From assembly GCA_022750295.1 (NCBI GenBank), contig JAKIVZ010000007.1, positions 21,808 to 85,807 of the forward strand: a DNA stretch of 64,000 nt, in the 5' to 3' direction. The notes under the pieces were generated by a model. The model had not been told where the DNA came from. It saw only the letters and a program-made list of their open reading frames with translations, and did not search any database. Below are positions 35,403 through 44,600 of the stretch, in pieces (position 1 is the first letter of the stretch; each line of letters begins with the position of its first letter). Source of the DNA: Candidatus Lutacidiplasma silvani (lineage in GTDB: Archaea > Thermoplasmatota > Thermoplasmata > Lutacidiplasmatales > UBA184). The position numbers and the translations under genes are program-made.

Positions 35403-35561
35403 TTACGGGTGCTTCGCCATCTTGAGGACGGCGTCCTGCGTGAAGTCCTCGTTGTGCTTGTGCTTCCCGTGCCACTGCACCAGGGAGACCAGCTCGTGCT
35501 GGTCGCTCGACACAACCTCGAATCCGTCCGCGCACGCGACCTTCCATTTTCCACAGCCCAT
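35403..35561 (-). CDS. DUF1059-like small protein
   Basis: MGCGKWKVACADGFEVVSSDQHELVSLVQWHGKHKHNEDFTQDAVLKMAK resembles the DUF1059 pattern. A GGGGAGG Shine-Dalgarno-like element lies about 7 nt upstream. Confidence 0.65.
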   Translation of the reverse strand: MGCGKWKVACADGFEVVSSDQHELVSLVQWHGKHKHNEDFTQDAVLKMAKHP

Positions 35562-35654
35562 GTTCGTTCCTCCCCGTCCTAAGACGGGCAATCTCCCACT
35601 CCCGCTCGGGGGGGTGAACCCTTGTAACCCCCGGGTACCACAACCGACCGGGGC

Positions 35655-36179
35655 CTAGGGGACGCCCGGGGGCCGCACGGGCGATCCCGATCCCCCCGAC
35701 GCGGCCCGGGGGGCCGCGGACCCTTCGGCCCGTCCCAGGAACGCCCGCTTCGCGGCGGTCACGTGGACCCCGGGGCGGATCGAATCGACGACCTGGAGGA
35801 CCCGGCCGGCCTCGTCGAGGAGAAACGTGACCCGGCGGGCGTGTCCGAACGCGCCGAGGACGCCGAAGCGCCGTGCGATCGCCTGGTCGCTGTCGGCGAC
35901 GAGCGGAAACGGGAGGGAGCACGTCTCGAGGAACTTGCGCTGGTCGACGAGCGAGTCGACGCTGACGCCGACGACGGAGACCCCCCGCTCGCGGAACGAC
36001 GTATGTTCCTTCGCGAACCCGATCGATTCGTAGGTGCAACCGAGGCTGCCCGCCCGGGGGTAGAAGTAGAGGACGACGGGCCCCCCACGGAGGGACGAGA
36101 GCCGGAATCCGGAACCCTGGGTGGAGATCCCCTCGAACTCCGGGGCCAGGTCGCCGGGCTGGATCATCGACTCTACCAC
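35655..36179 (-). CDS. bcp: peroxiredoxin, Bcp/AhpC-TSA family
   Basis: GDLAPEFEG, VVLYFYPRAGSLGCTYE (peroxidatic Cys context), GVSVDS, LPFPLVADSD. An Ala/Gly/Pro-rich tail follows the fold. Confidence 0.9.
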   Translation of the reverse strand: MVESMIQPGDLAPEFEGISTQGSGFRLSSLRGGPVVLYFYPRAGSLGCTYESIGFAKEHTSFRERGVSVVGVSVDSLVDQRKFLETCSLPFPLVADSDQAIARRFGVLGAFGHARRVTFLLDEAGRVLQVVDSIRPGVHVTAAKRAFLGRAEGSAAPRAASGGSGSPVRPPGVP

Positions 36180-36215
36180 GGAGGCGCCCCTACTTGAAAT
36201 CGAACGGTCGTCTCG

Positions 36216-37043
36216 TCAATCGGCCCTCCGCGGGAGGTCGCCGGTCGACAGCCGCTCGAGTTCGGCGTCGGCGAGCGGAGCGATCTCGAGCGGGCGTCCG
36301 AACGCCGCGACCTGGGCGAGGTCTCGGAACCGAACGGACGGGATGGCGCCGATCGCCCAGGCGAACGCCACCGCCGCCTGCGGCAACGTCCGACGACGAG
36401 ACTCGGTGAGGAACCGCAGCGCGAGGACCGGCGCATACGCGCGCTCGATTTCCCGGAAGTCGACCGGGTGCGTCCGCCGGGAGTCGATGCCGAGGCCATC
36501 GTTCAACCAGAGCCCATCGAGCCGTCCGTCGGCGTGAGGGTTCGTGAGCAGGAGCTCCGCCCCGGCGCGGCGCGCGAGGGGCGCGAGGGAGATGAGCCGA
36601 GGGGCCGCGAGGAGGCTCCCCGGGACGGCGACCCAGCGAGCCCCGGCCGACGCCGCCGCGGCGATTCCGGCTTCCGCCGCCCCGAGTTCGGAGAACCGGA
36701 CCCCGGATTCCGGGTTCCGCGCGGCTCCCGTCCCCGGCGCCGGGGCGTTCGGACGGACGACCGCGACCCGCGCCGGCGCCGGACTCCCGGGCTCGCCGGT
36801 CGGGGCCTCGGCCACGACGACGGTCAGGTCCGTCCACAGCTCCGCCGCGGCGTCCCGAGCGAACTCCCAAGCGGTCGCCGGCCCGGGCGTATCGGTGAGG
36901 TCGAGGATCCGGAGTCCCGAGCGGAGCGCGCCGGCGATCGTAGCCGCCCGGCGGACCCGGAGCGGCCCCGCCAGGGGAATCGGGGCGGGGCCGAGCGAGA
37001 CCGCGATTCGGCCCGAGCCATCGCTCGACATACGAGACGTCAC
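36216..37043 (-). CDS. divergent aldo/keto-reductase-like protein
   Basis: The overall AKR-like order is kept (LRSGLRILDLTD; LLLTNPHADGRLDG; RTLPQAAVAFAWAIGAIPSV...LADAELERL), but canonical catalytic motifs are not evident. Confidence 0.45.
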   Translation of the reverse strand: MTSRMSSDGSGRIAVSLGPAPIPLAGPLRVRRAATIAGALRSGLRILDLTDTPGPATAWEFARDAAAELWTDLTVVVAEAPTGEPGSPAPARVAVVRPNAPAPGTGAARNPESGVRFSELGAAEAGIAAAASAGARWVAVPGSLLAAPRLISLAPLARRAGAELLLTNPHADGRLDGLWLNDGLGIDSRRTHPVDFREIERAYAPVLALRFLTESRRRTLPQAAVAFAWAIGAIPSVRFRDLAQVAAFGRPLEIAPLADAELERLSTGDLPRRAD

Positions 37044-37091
37044 CAGACCCCCAGACGACCTCCCTTTATCGGGTCCGGGCTAGCGACCCTC

Positions 37092-38798
37092 GTGGGGGCC
37101 GCCGAACCGAAAACTCCGGAGGACGAACGCCCCCTCTCCGACCGGCTCCGGCCGGCGCGCCTCTCCGAGGTCGTCGGGAACCCCCGGGTCCTCGCCCGCT
37201 TCCTCGAATGGGGACGGTCGTGGGCCACCGGCACGGCGCCCCCTCGATTCCGGGCCGCGGTCCTCGCCGGTCCCCCGGGGGTCGGCAAGACGACCTCGGC
37301 GCTCGCCCTCGCCGCCGAGTTCGGATGGACGGTCGTCGAGATGAACGCCTCCGACGCCCGGAACCAGGGCGCGATCGACCAGGTCGCCGGACGGGCGGCC
37401 ATCACCCACACCCTGGGGGACTCCGGAAAATTCCGTTCGCCGAAGGACGGCGGTCGCACCCTGATCCTCCTCGACGAAGCGGACTGCCTCACGGGTCGGG
37501 CGACCGAGGACGCGGCCCGGAAGCCGTCCCCCCTCTCGCTCCGCGACTTCCTCCGGGGCCGGTACGGCTCCGTCGAGGCGCTCAACCGGGGCTGGCACCT
37601 CGGCGAGACCGGCCGGGCGGCCGCATTCGGCGCATGGTCCGACGTCCCGACCTCCGCGGGTCGGGCCGCGTTCACGAAACTCGCCGAGGCCCAAGCGGAC
37701 ATCGCCGACTGGCGGGGGAGCTCGAAGAGCTCCGACACGAGCGACCGCGGGGGGCTCGGGGCGATCGCCCGATTGGTCCGAGAGACACGGCAGCCGCTCG
37801 TGCTCACGGTCAACGACGAGCGGACTCTCACCCGGTACTCGCCGGTGTTCCGCTCGGGCGTCGTCCGACTTCCGTTCGAACGCTTGTCCGACCGCGACAT
37901 GCTCGCGTTCGTCCGACGGATCGCCCTCGCCCAGTCGTTCGCCGTCTCCCCGAAGGCGCTCGAGGCGATCGTCCGTCGCAGCCGCGGGGACTTGCGGGCC
38001 GCGACCAACGACCTCGAGGCGATCGCCCCGCTTCCCGTCGGACCCCTCCAGGAGTCGGTCCTCGGGGCGCGCGACGTCGGGGGTGAGGTGGGGGAGCTCG
38101 CCGAAGAGGTCCTCGCGACGCCGCGGTTCTATCGCTCCGTCGAGTTGCGAAACCGGGTCGATGCGACGCCGGACGACCTCCTCCCATGGTTCGAGGAGAA
38201 CGCCGTTCGATTCGCCCGGACCTCCGCGGGGCTCTCCGCCGGGATCGACGCCATCGCCCGGGCCGAGCGACACCTGGCCCGTGCCCGTCGGTATCGGGTG
38301 TACGGGCTGTGGAGCTATGCGACCGAGCTGATGACCGGCGGAACGGCGGTCGCCCTCGCGGAGGCCGGCGGAGTCCGGATCGCCTCGGCGAGATTTCCCG
38401 AATTTCTCGGCGAGATGGGGCGCTCGAGATCGGTCCGGGCGCTCCGCGTCTCGGCCCTCACCAAAGCCGGTCACCACCTCCACCTCTCGCGTCGGAAAGG
38501 GGCGGAGTCGACCCTGCCGTTCCTGGAAGCGGCGTTCTCGGCGGGCGGGGTCCGCGACGGGCCGGTGTTCGACCTCCGCCGCGGGATCGTCCACGATCTC
38601 GAGCTCACCCCCGAGGAGGTCGGGTACCTCGCCCAGGTCGAGCCCGATGCCGAAGGGATCCAGGCCCTGTTTCCACCGGCTCCCGAGGACCGTGCCGAAC
38701 GAGAATTGGCGGCTCCTGCGGAACCCGAGCCGACCCCGCCCCCGGCTCCCGCGCCCGAAGCCCGCAAACGGGTTCAGCGCTCGTTGGGCGAGTTCTAA
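37092..38798 (+). CDS. rfcL: replication factor C large subunit
   Basis: LRPARLSEVVGNPRV, Walker A LAGPPGVGKTTSA, NASDARN, Walker B LILLDEADCL, a sensor region, and a C-terminal QRSLGEF PIP-like box. In-frame GTG at 37092; the upstream ORF portion is antisense overlap. Confidence 0.85.
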   Translation: MGAAEPKTPEDERPLSDRLRPARLSEVVGNPRVLARFLEWGRSWATGTAPPRFRAAVLAGPPGVGKTTSALALAAEFGWTVVEMNASDARNQGAIDQVAGRAAITHTLGDSGKFRSPKDGGRTLILLDEADCLTGRATEDAARKPSPLSLRDFLRGRYGSVEALNRGWHLGETGRAAAFGAWSDVPTSAGRAAFTKLAEAQADIADWRGSSKSSDTSDRGGLGAIARLVRETRQPLVLTVNDERTLTRYSPVFRSGVVRLPFERLSDRDMLAFVRRIALAQSFAVSPKALEAIVRRSRGDLRAATNDLEAIAPLPVGPLQESVLGARDVGGEVGELAEEVLATPRFYRSVELRNRVDATPDDLLPWFEENAVRFARTSAGLSAGIDAIARAERHLARARRYRVYGLWSYATELMTGGTAVALAEAGGVRIASARFPEFLGEMGRSRSVRALRVSALTKAGHHLHLSRRKGAESTLPFLEAAFSAGGVRDGPVFDLRRGIVHDLELTPEEVGYLAQVEPDAEGIQALFPPAPEDRAERELAAPAEPEPTPPPAPAPEARKRVQRSLGEF

Positions 38799-38805
38799 GC
38801 TCGCG

Positions 38806-40941
38806 CTACTCGAACCGCCCGAGGGCGGGGCCGCCGCCTTCCCGCGACGCCTTGTCGAACTTCGACGAAGCCTTGGCGGTCGACATCGCGGCGACCTGCA
38901 TCGCGATCGGCTTGTTGCGCATCGAAACGCGCACGAACCCGGCGCCGAGGAACCCGGCCGCGGCGGCGTTCAGCGACACGTTAGCGACCCCCACCGTCGT
39001 CGTGGTCGCCACGGGCGAGAGCACGGGGACCGTTGGCGCGACCGGAACGGCGATTCCGGGCGGGGCCGGGGGAAGCGGCGGGGGCCCGACGCCGGCGGGC
39101 GCGCCGGTTCCGGTGAGCTCGACGTCGATCGTCGCGAGAGGGAACGACTGGTAGACGGACGAGAGGTTCGCGCGCGGCACGTAGTACGCCCACGTGTAGA
39201 ATCCGCTCTCCGCCGTGCTTCCGCCGGCCCTGCACCCGGGGGCGATGCACGCATCGACGGGCACCACGTCGAGGGGAGGACCGGCGGTGACGATGTTGAA
39301 CGACGCGGTCCAGGTATCCCCGACGTAGAGGACGTTGTCGGCCCGGATCGTGGAGAAGTTCCACTCGAGCGTGTCGACGCCGTTGACCGTCTCGACCGTC
39401 GGCGTGTGCTGGCACCCGGGCACGGGCAGGCCGCTCGGTTGTTGGCACGACGCGGAGAACCCGGGAGTGGGGGCGACGCGGACGCTGCCGAACGGTTGGT
39501 ACTGGAACATCGGGGCGTCCGACCCGTTGGCGACGAGCGTTTGGTAGACGGGCCCGAATCCCACCTGGCGCAGCGCCGCGAAGAGGGTCGGGTTGTTGGT
39601 GTTCGGCGTCATGACCGGACCGTGCGGAACGTAGGCGAGGGAGCCGGTCTCTCCATTCGGGCAACTCGCGAACGACGGACCGTCCCACGTCCCCCCGGTC
39701 GCGGCGGCGATGTCGCAGCCGGCGTCGATGACGTGCTGCGCGTTGGTGACGACCACCGAACCGCCCGGGCCGCTTCCCGCCACGCCGAGACCGGTCGGCC
39801 AACCGGCGGAGAGCGGGTCGTCCGGCGTATCCCAGAGGTCGATGTCGTCGATCGTGCACGTGTGGCCGACCGAGTCCACGCACGTCGGCGCGGTGTGCGC
39901 GAGGGCGGCGATCGAGTCGTTCGGGTTACCGTTCTGGGACCGGACCCACCCTTCACAGTTCGGCATGACGCCGTCGGAGAACGTGTACGCGGGTTCGCAG
40001 GTCCACCCGTCCGGTTGCGAGCCGGAGCAGCACGTGTCGAACGGACTTACGGCGTAGTTCTCCAGGTACGACGGGTCGCGCGGGGCGGTCGAGCCGATCA
40101 GGACGATCACGTGGTGGGTGTTCGGCGACCAGTCGAGGCCGCTCCCAATGATCGTCCCGTACAGCGCGGTGATCGACGGGCTGTGGAGGAAGTTGTCGTC
40201 GAGCCCGACGATGCTGATGAATCCCCCGCCGAACGTCCCATCCGAGTACGACTGCTGCACGGCGCCCCCGAACGACGCGGCGGGGATGAACTGCGGAATG
40301 TCGACGTCGTACTTCGACGAATCCCCACAGTCGTCCCAGTCCCCGCAGTCGGTCCCGAAGAAGTCGACCATCGCGAAGCTGACCTTCGAGTGCGGGTTAG
40401 CGGTCGAGATCTCGTTCGCGATCTGCTGGGCGTTCGCGATGAAGAACGGCCCACCGTTCGATTCCTCGCACGGAGGATCCTGGCCGCCGCCGGCGAGGGC
40501 GCACTTGTCCTTCCCGGGGTAGCCGTAGTAGTGGTAGTAGAATCCGTCGTAGGCGGTCGTCTCGATCACGAACGCCACTTGGACGTTCGGCCAGTACGGC
40601 GTGGGGGCCGTCTCGGCGTCGGCGCTCAGCGTGACGCGACTGATGCCGGTGCCCGCGGGACAATTGTCCAGACCGGCGGCGCAGATCGTGTCGGGCGTGG
40701 CCGAGACGCCGAGCGAGAGGGAGGAGCCGAGCGACGCGACGGGGCGGGCAACCTCGGAGACCGGAGTCGCGGCGGCCCGCACGGAGTGGATGAAGGGCGA
40801 AGTATCGAGGTGCAGGGGGGGCACCAGGATAGTCACGAGGACCGCGACGAACGCAATGGCCAACGCGAGGCCCAGTCGTAGTGCCGTCCCCCGACCCGGA
40901 CCGTGGGAGGGAGCGGAGGGGACGCCCGACGACCGTGCCAT
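38806..40941 (-). CDS. Cys-rich extracellular protein with a vWA-like alpha/beta core, N-terminal signal-anchor and C-terminal TM
   Basis: N-terminal TM LRLGLALAIAFVAVLVTILV. vWA-like strand pattern (VQVAFVIETTAYDG, KVSFAMVDFFG, HHVIVLIGSTAPRD) without a canonical DxSxS MIDAS motif. Many Cys, a Pro-rich stalk and a C-terminal hydrophobic AAAAGFLGAGFV. Confidence 0.65.
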   Translation of the reverse strand: MARSSGVPSAPSHGPGRGTALRLGLALAIAFVAVLVTILVPPLHLDTSPFIHSVRAAATPVSEVARPVASLGSSLSLGVSATPDTICAAGLDNCPAGTGISRVTLSADAETAPTPYWPNVQVAFVIETTAYDGFYYHYYGYPGKDKCALAGGGQDPPCEESNGGPFFIANAQQIANEISTANPHSKVSFAMVDFFGTDCGDWDDCGDSSKYDVDIPQFIPAASFGGAVQQSYSDGTFGGGFISIVGLDDNFLHSPSITALYGTIIGSGLDWSPNTHHVIVLIGSTAPRDPSYLENYAVSPFDTCCSGSQPDGWTCEPAYTFSDGVMPNCEGWVRSQNGNPNDSIAALAHTAPTCVDSVGHTCTIDDIDLWDTPDDPLSAGWPTGLGVAGSGPGGSVVVTNAQHVIDAGCDIAAATGGTWDGPSFASCPNGETGSLAYVPHGPVMTPNTNNPTLFAALRQVGFGPVYQTLVANGSDAPMFQYQPFGSVRVAPTPGFSASCQQPSGLPVPGCQHTPTVETVNGVDTLEWNFSTIRADNVLYVGDTWTASFNIVTAGPPLDVVPVDACIAPGCRAGGSTAESGFYTWAYYVPRANLSSVYQSFPLATIDVELTGTGAPAGVGPPPLPPAPPGIAVPVAPTVPVLSPVATTTTVGVANVSLNAAAAGFLGAGFVRVSMRNKPIAMQVAAMSTAKASSKFDKASREGGGPALGRFE

Positions 40942-41050
40942 CGGAACCGGGCATCCTCTCGAAGGGAGATACGCCTTTGCCGCGACCGGTCGTCGGGAGA
41001 ATCGGTCGGGGCGCTCGGCTCGCCCACCTAACGCCGGGGTAACCGACGCT

Positions 41051-41057
41051 CTATAGG
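41051..41057 (+). promoter_or_regulatory. TATA-like box for the wHTH gene
   Basis: CTATAGG is centred about 27 nt upstream of the ATG at 41081. Confidence 0.4.
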
Positions 41058-41080
41058 CCGCGCGGGGCCTCCCGAGGTCG

Positions 41081-41683
41081 ATGACCGGTTGGCCGGACTT
41101 ACCCGATGGAGCCCCACTCGACGACCGGGTCGTCGAGTTCCTCTCAGAACGTCCAGGCCGGGTGGCGTTCAATGGGCTCCGTCGCGCCCTCGACGCGCAT
41201 CCGGAGTCACTGGTCCGGTCGCTCCGCCGCCTCGAGCGCCACGGGGTCGTCCGACACGACTCCGACGGATACGCCCTCGCGGAACGGCCGGTGCTTGGCG
41301 CGCCCCCGGCTCTCCGCCACCACCAATCGTTCGCCGAGGTCACGCTCATGCCGGGCGTTGCGCGGACCGACCTGTTCGGCCGCCTTGCGGGACGGTGGTT
41401 CGGCCGATTGCGTTGGGTCGGGGTCTACGAACCTTCGGATGGTCCGTGGTTAGTCTGGTCGGTCGAGGGGAGGCCCGGCGACCAAGTCGGGTTGGGAATC
41501 CGCCGGGGTCGACTCCTCGTGCAGATCGACCGAGAACCGGGCGCCCCCGACGATGGCCGGGCGGAGGACGCCGCACGGCGTCTTCTCCGGCACGCGATCG
41601 ACGCCCTCGCCCCGACGGAACCGGCGGACCCGTACCTTCCCACGATAGCGGCCGCTCCGCCGATGCTGGGATACGCCGGATAG
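41081..41683 (+). CDS. winged-helix (ArsR-like) putative regulator
   Basis: VVEFLSERPGRVAFNGLRRALDAHPESLVRSLRRLERHGVVRHDSDGYAL is a wHTH pattern. It is divergent from the vWA-like gene. Confidence 0.6.
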   Translation: MTGWPDLPDGAPLDDRVVEFLSERPGRVAFNGLRRALDAHPESLVRSLRRLERHGVVRHDSDGYALAERPVLGAPPALRHHQSFAEVTLMPGVARTDLFGRLAGRWFGRLRWVGVYEPSDGPWLVWSVEGRPGDQVGLGIRRGRLLVQIDREPGAPDDGRAEDAARRLLRHAIDALAPTEPADPYLPTIAAAPPMLGYAG

Positions 41684-41846
41684 CAAATCAGAACGCCGGC
41701 CCTCCTCGGCGTTCGGGCGCCTCGGCGGGAGACGCGCGGCGGTTCCACCCCGAACGCGACGGCTCGAACCTCACGGAAAGGGCGGAAGTCGGGCACAACC
41801 GGCGCCGTCTTCTCGGCTCACGGTGGCCCTGCACAGCGACTTGGGG

Positions 41847-42593
41847 TCACAGGTTGGCGCAGCCTTGGACCGGGGTCGCGCCGACGTCCCCCACTACGCA
41901 GAGGGCGAGGGAGGTGCCAGAAAGCGCGGGGTTGGCCAACAGGAGAAGGGTCGACCCGTTCGGGATCGAGGCGCTTGCCGCGTGGTTGAGGATCAGCCAA
42001 TTTGTCGAGTAGCTGAAGACCGCCACGTTGTCTCCGGACGGCGCACGAAGGACTGCATACCAGCTCGGGGCGGCGGTCAAGGGCGCGCCGGCGCATACGG
42101 ACGTGGCGGTCACCGCGGGGGTGGGTTCGGGTCCCCCGTCGAGGTCACCGTCGAGCTGCTCGACCACCTCGAGAAACACCTGGCTTGTAAGGGGGGGTGT
42201 CCCGGCACCCACCCAAGGGAGCGACTCAACCGTGGCGTTCCGTCCGTCCCCGCAGGTCGTTGAATGCTGCGTCGCGGTTCCGAACGAGACGTTGTCGGCG
42301 GCGGCGCCGCCGGGACCGGCGACGGGAGCGAGGGGACTCCCACTCGCACCCGGCCCACTCGCGTTCAGGGCGTAGTACCCCGCGAGGTTCAGGATCCCGA
42401 GCACGAGCAAGCCGAAGAGGCCGGTGTTAATCTGGGACTGGCGGCGGTCCCTTCGACGTCGGTAGGCCCGGGCCGGGGACGAGTCCGAGGACTCCGATGG
42501 CAGGTTCGTCCCACGGGAATCGGATCCGGCATCGGATCCGAAGTCAGGGGAGTTCGGGGTGGGCGACTCGGGCTCGGTCGACAGAGGTTTCAT
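41847..42593 (-). CDS. membrane-anchored extracellular protein, unknown family
   Basis: Ser/Asp-rich cytoplasmic N-terminus, a TM (GLFGLLVLGILNLAGYYAL), then a roughly 170-aa domain with 4 Cys. Its start is 3 nt after the ABC ATPase stop. Confidence 0.6.
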   Translation of the reverse strand: MKPLSTEPESPTPNSPDFGSDAGSDSRGTNLPSESSDSSPARAYRRRRDRRQSQINTGLFGLLVLGILNLAGYYALNASGPGASGSPLAPVAGPGGAAADNVSFGTATQHSTTCGDGRNATVESLPWVGAGTPPLTSQVFLEVVEQLDGDLDGGPEPTPAVTATSVCAGAPLTAAPSWYAVLRAPSGDNVAVFSYSTNWLILNHAASASIPNGSTLLLLANPALSGTSLALCVVGDVGATPVQGCANL

Positions 42594-42596
42594 CGG

Positions 42597-43529
42597 CTAC
42601 GCCTCGCGGTCCGGGGCGTCCGTGATGACTTGCCTGTAGACCGCTTCAAGTGCGGGAACGGAGGGCGTGAAGCTCAGGAGGGGGCCGACTCGTCCGCACT
42701 CCTCGAGAAGTCTCGACAATGTCTCTTCTTGGCCGTCGAATCGGAACCGGTACCTACGGTCGCCGAGCCGGACCGACTTGCGGACCCACGGCTGGAGTCC
42801 CTCGAGCGCCGCGAGCTCGGTCGGACGAACGAACTCCACGTCTACGGCATCGACGCGGACGAGCGATGCGACCTCGTCGGCGGAGGCCCGGAGCCGGATC
42901 TTTCCGCGGTCGAGGAATATCAAGCGGTCGCAGATTGCCGAGACGTCGGCGATCAGGTGCGAGCTCATCAGGATCAAGTGGTCGCGCTTCAACCGCTTCA
43001 GAAATCCCCGGACTTCGACGCGTTCGGCTGGGTCCATCCCGTTCGTCGGTTCGTCGAGGAGGAGCACCGCGGGGTCCCCGAGGCAGGCGGCAGCCAAGAC
43101 GACCCGCTGTCGTTCTCCCTTCGAAAGCCAGCCGCACGGCCACTCCAGCGGGGGCAGGTGCAGTTCCCGGTGGCACCGGTCGATCTCGTCGTCGATCCCC
43201 GACGCGTCCAGTCCCCGCAGCGCACCGACTCGCTCGAGCGCATCGTAGATCGTTTCCGAAGGATACGGTTCCGGGCTCTCGACGATTGCCCCGACGCGCG
43301 CCAGGGCCCTCCGCCGGTCTTGCGCGGGGTCGAGGTCGTTGAGGCGCACCGAACCGGCGGACGGCTGCAACAGACCGAGCAGGAGCTTCAGGGTCGTCGT
43401 CTTTCCCGCTCCGTTCGGACCGAGGTACCCGACCGCCCCGCACCCCTCCTCGCGGAAGCTGACGTCGTCGAGGATGGGGGACCCCGGAACATACCACTTC
43501 GTGAGATGGCTGACCTCGATCGACCCCAT
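42597..43529 (-). CDS. ABC transporter ATP-binding protein (ABC-2 type)
   Basis: GPNGAGKTTTLKLLLGLL, LSKGERQRVVLAAACLGDPAVLLLDEPTNGMD, and a C-terminal accessory domain. Confidence 0.9.
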   Translation of the reverse strand: MGSIEVSHLTKWYVPGSPILDDVSFREEGCGAVGYLGPNGAGKTTTLKLLLGLLQPSAGSVRLNDLDPAQDRRRALARVGAIVESPEPYPSETIYDALERVGALRGLDASGIDDEIDRCHRELHLPPLEWPCGWLSKGERQRVVLAAACLGDPAVLLLDEPTNGMDPAERVEVRGFLKRLKRDHLILMSSHLIADVSAICDRLIFLDRGKIRLRASADEVASLVRVDAVDVEFVRPTELAALEGLQPWVRKSVRLGDRRYRFRFDGQEETLSRLLEECGRVGPLLSFTPSVPALEAVYRQVITDAPDREA

Positions 43530-43532
43530 CGC

Positions 43533-44477
43533 CTAGCCCCGTGACTCCTTCCGCTGGTACAGGACCACCGTGAACGCGAAGAACATCGCGACGTAGGCGG
43601 CCATGATGCTCGCGCCTTCCTGCGCGGTCGCCGCCCAGGACTGGATGTACTGACCGCCGCCCACGGGAATCGTCTGCTGCGCCACGAACTGCCAGTCTAG
43701 AACGTTCGCGATCGAGCCTCCCGCGTAGTAGAGCGACCACCACGGTTCCAACCCCGCCATCTCGGCAACCCCCTGCACCGTGCTCAGCGCGACGAACAGG
43801 ACGAGGACGGTCACGAGCACCCCAGTGGCCGGCGTCCGGAAGACGGCACTGAAGCAAAACGCCACGCTGACGGCCGCGAGGGCGAAGAGGACCGAGAGTC
43901 CGAAGGAAAGCCCGAGCGGGCCCCAGGGGAGCGAACCCGGCCCGAAGGCGTAGGTGGCCCCCAGGATCCCGAACAAGTCGTAAAACACAACGACCCCAAG
44001 GGTGACGGACAGCGCCGAGGCGTATCGGCCGGCGAGCAGGACGCTGCGGTTGACGGGCAGGACCAAGGTGTAGTACCCCGTGCCGCTGTGGAAGTCGACG
44101 CTGAGTGCGTCGCCGCCGAAACAGGCGGCTGCGAGGATGATCCAGAGCGGGAGGGTCTGGGCGTAGTCGGTGAGGAACTCGGAAACGGAGTTGAGGAAGC
44201 TGAGCTGGACGAGCCCCCGACCCGAGGCGACGAGGAGGACCAGCCAGAGGACGGAGACGATTCCGACGAACGTCACGAGACCGATAAACCGGTAAGTTCG
44301 GACGTAGTGCCGAATCTGGCTCCGCGCAACAATGACCCACTGGGAGTACGGCGACGGAAGGTACGGCTCCGCCCCTTCCGGCACGTCTGAGTCAGGTCGG
44401 ACAACGAATGATAACGCTTGCTGCGCGGAATATCTGGGCTCAGTTGGAATCCCTTGGGAGCGTCCATCCCGGTTCAA
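43533..44477 (-). CDS. ABC-2-type transporter permease
   Basis: Six hydrophobic segments (e.g. FIGLVTFVGIVSVLWLVLLV, LPLWIILAAACFG, LSVLFALAAVSVAFCF). It ends 3 nt before the ATPase start. The exact start is uncertain. Confidence 0.7.
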   Translation of the reverse strand: MNRDGRSQGIPTEPRYSAQQALSFVVRPDSDVPEGAEPYLPSPYSQWVIVARSQIRHYVRTYRFIGLVTFVGIVSVLWLVLLVASGRGLVQLSFLNSVSEFLTDYAQTLPLWIILAAACFGGDALSVDFHSGTGYYTLVLPVNRSVLLAGRYASALSVTLGVVVFYDLFGILGATYAFGPGSLPWGPLGLSFGLSVLFALAAVSVAFCFSAVFRTPATGVLVTVLVLFVALSTVQGVAEMAGLEPWWSLYYAGGSIANVLDWQFVAQQTIPVGGGQYIQSWAATAQEGASIMAAYVAMFFAFTVVLYQRKESRG

Positions 44478-44600
44478 TCTGACCTGGCCGGGACGGGTCG
44501 GCCGTTCCCTCGCTCACGCCCAGATGAGGCCGATTCTCGACGCCGCAGAGGGGCGGCAGGTGCCGTATCGACCGCCGCCGTACGGACCCGGCGGCGGCCG

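Noticed and set aside
33502-35582. 615-aa minus-strand and 652-aa plus-strand ORFs over the glycoprotein gene
   Set aside because: Both are Arg/Gly-rich shadow frames. Only frame 33544-35268 shows a signal peptide, sequons and a C-terminal TM.
36468-37091. N-terminal 208 codons of the 776-aa ORF containing RFC-L
   Set aside because: It is antisense overlap with the AKR-like gene (36216-37043) and is Arg/Gly/Pro-rich. Conserved RFC sequence begins just after the GTG at 37092.
38647-40881. 744-aa plus-strand ORF
   Set aside because: It is antisense to the vWA-like Cys-rich protein and is Arg/Gly/Asp/Val low complexity.
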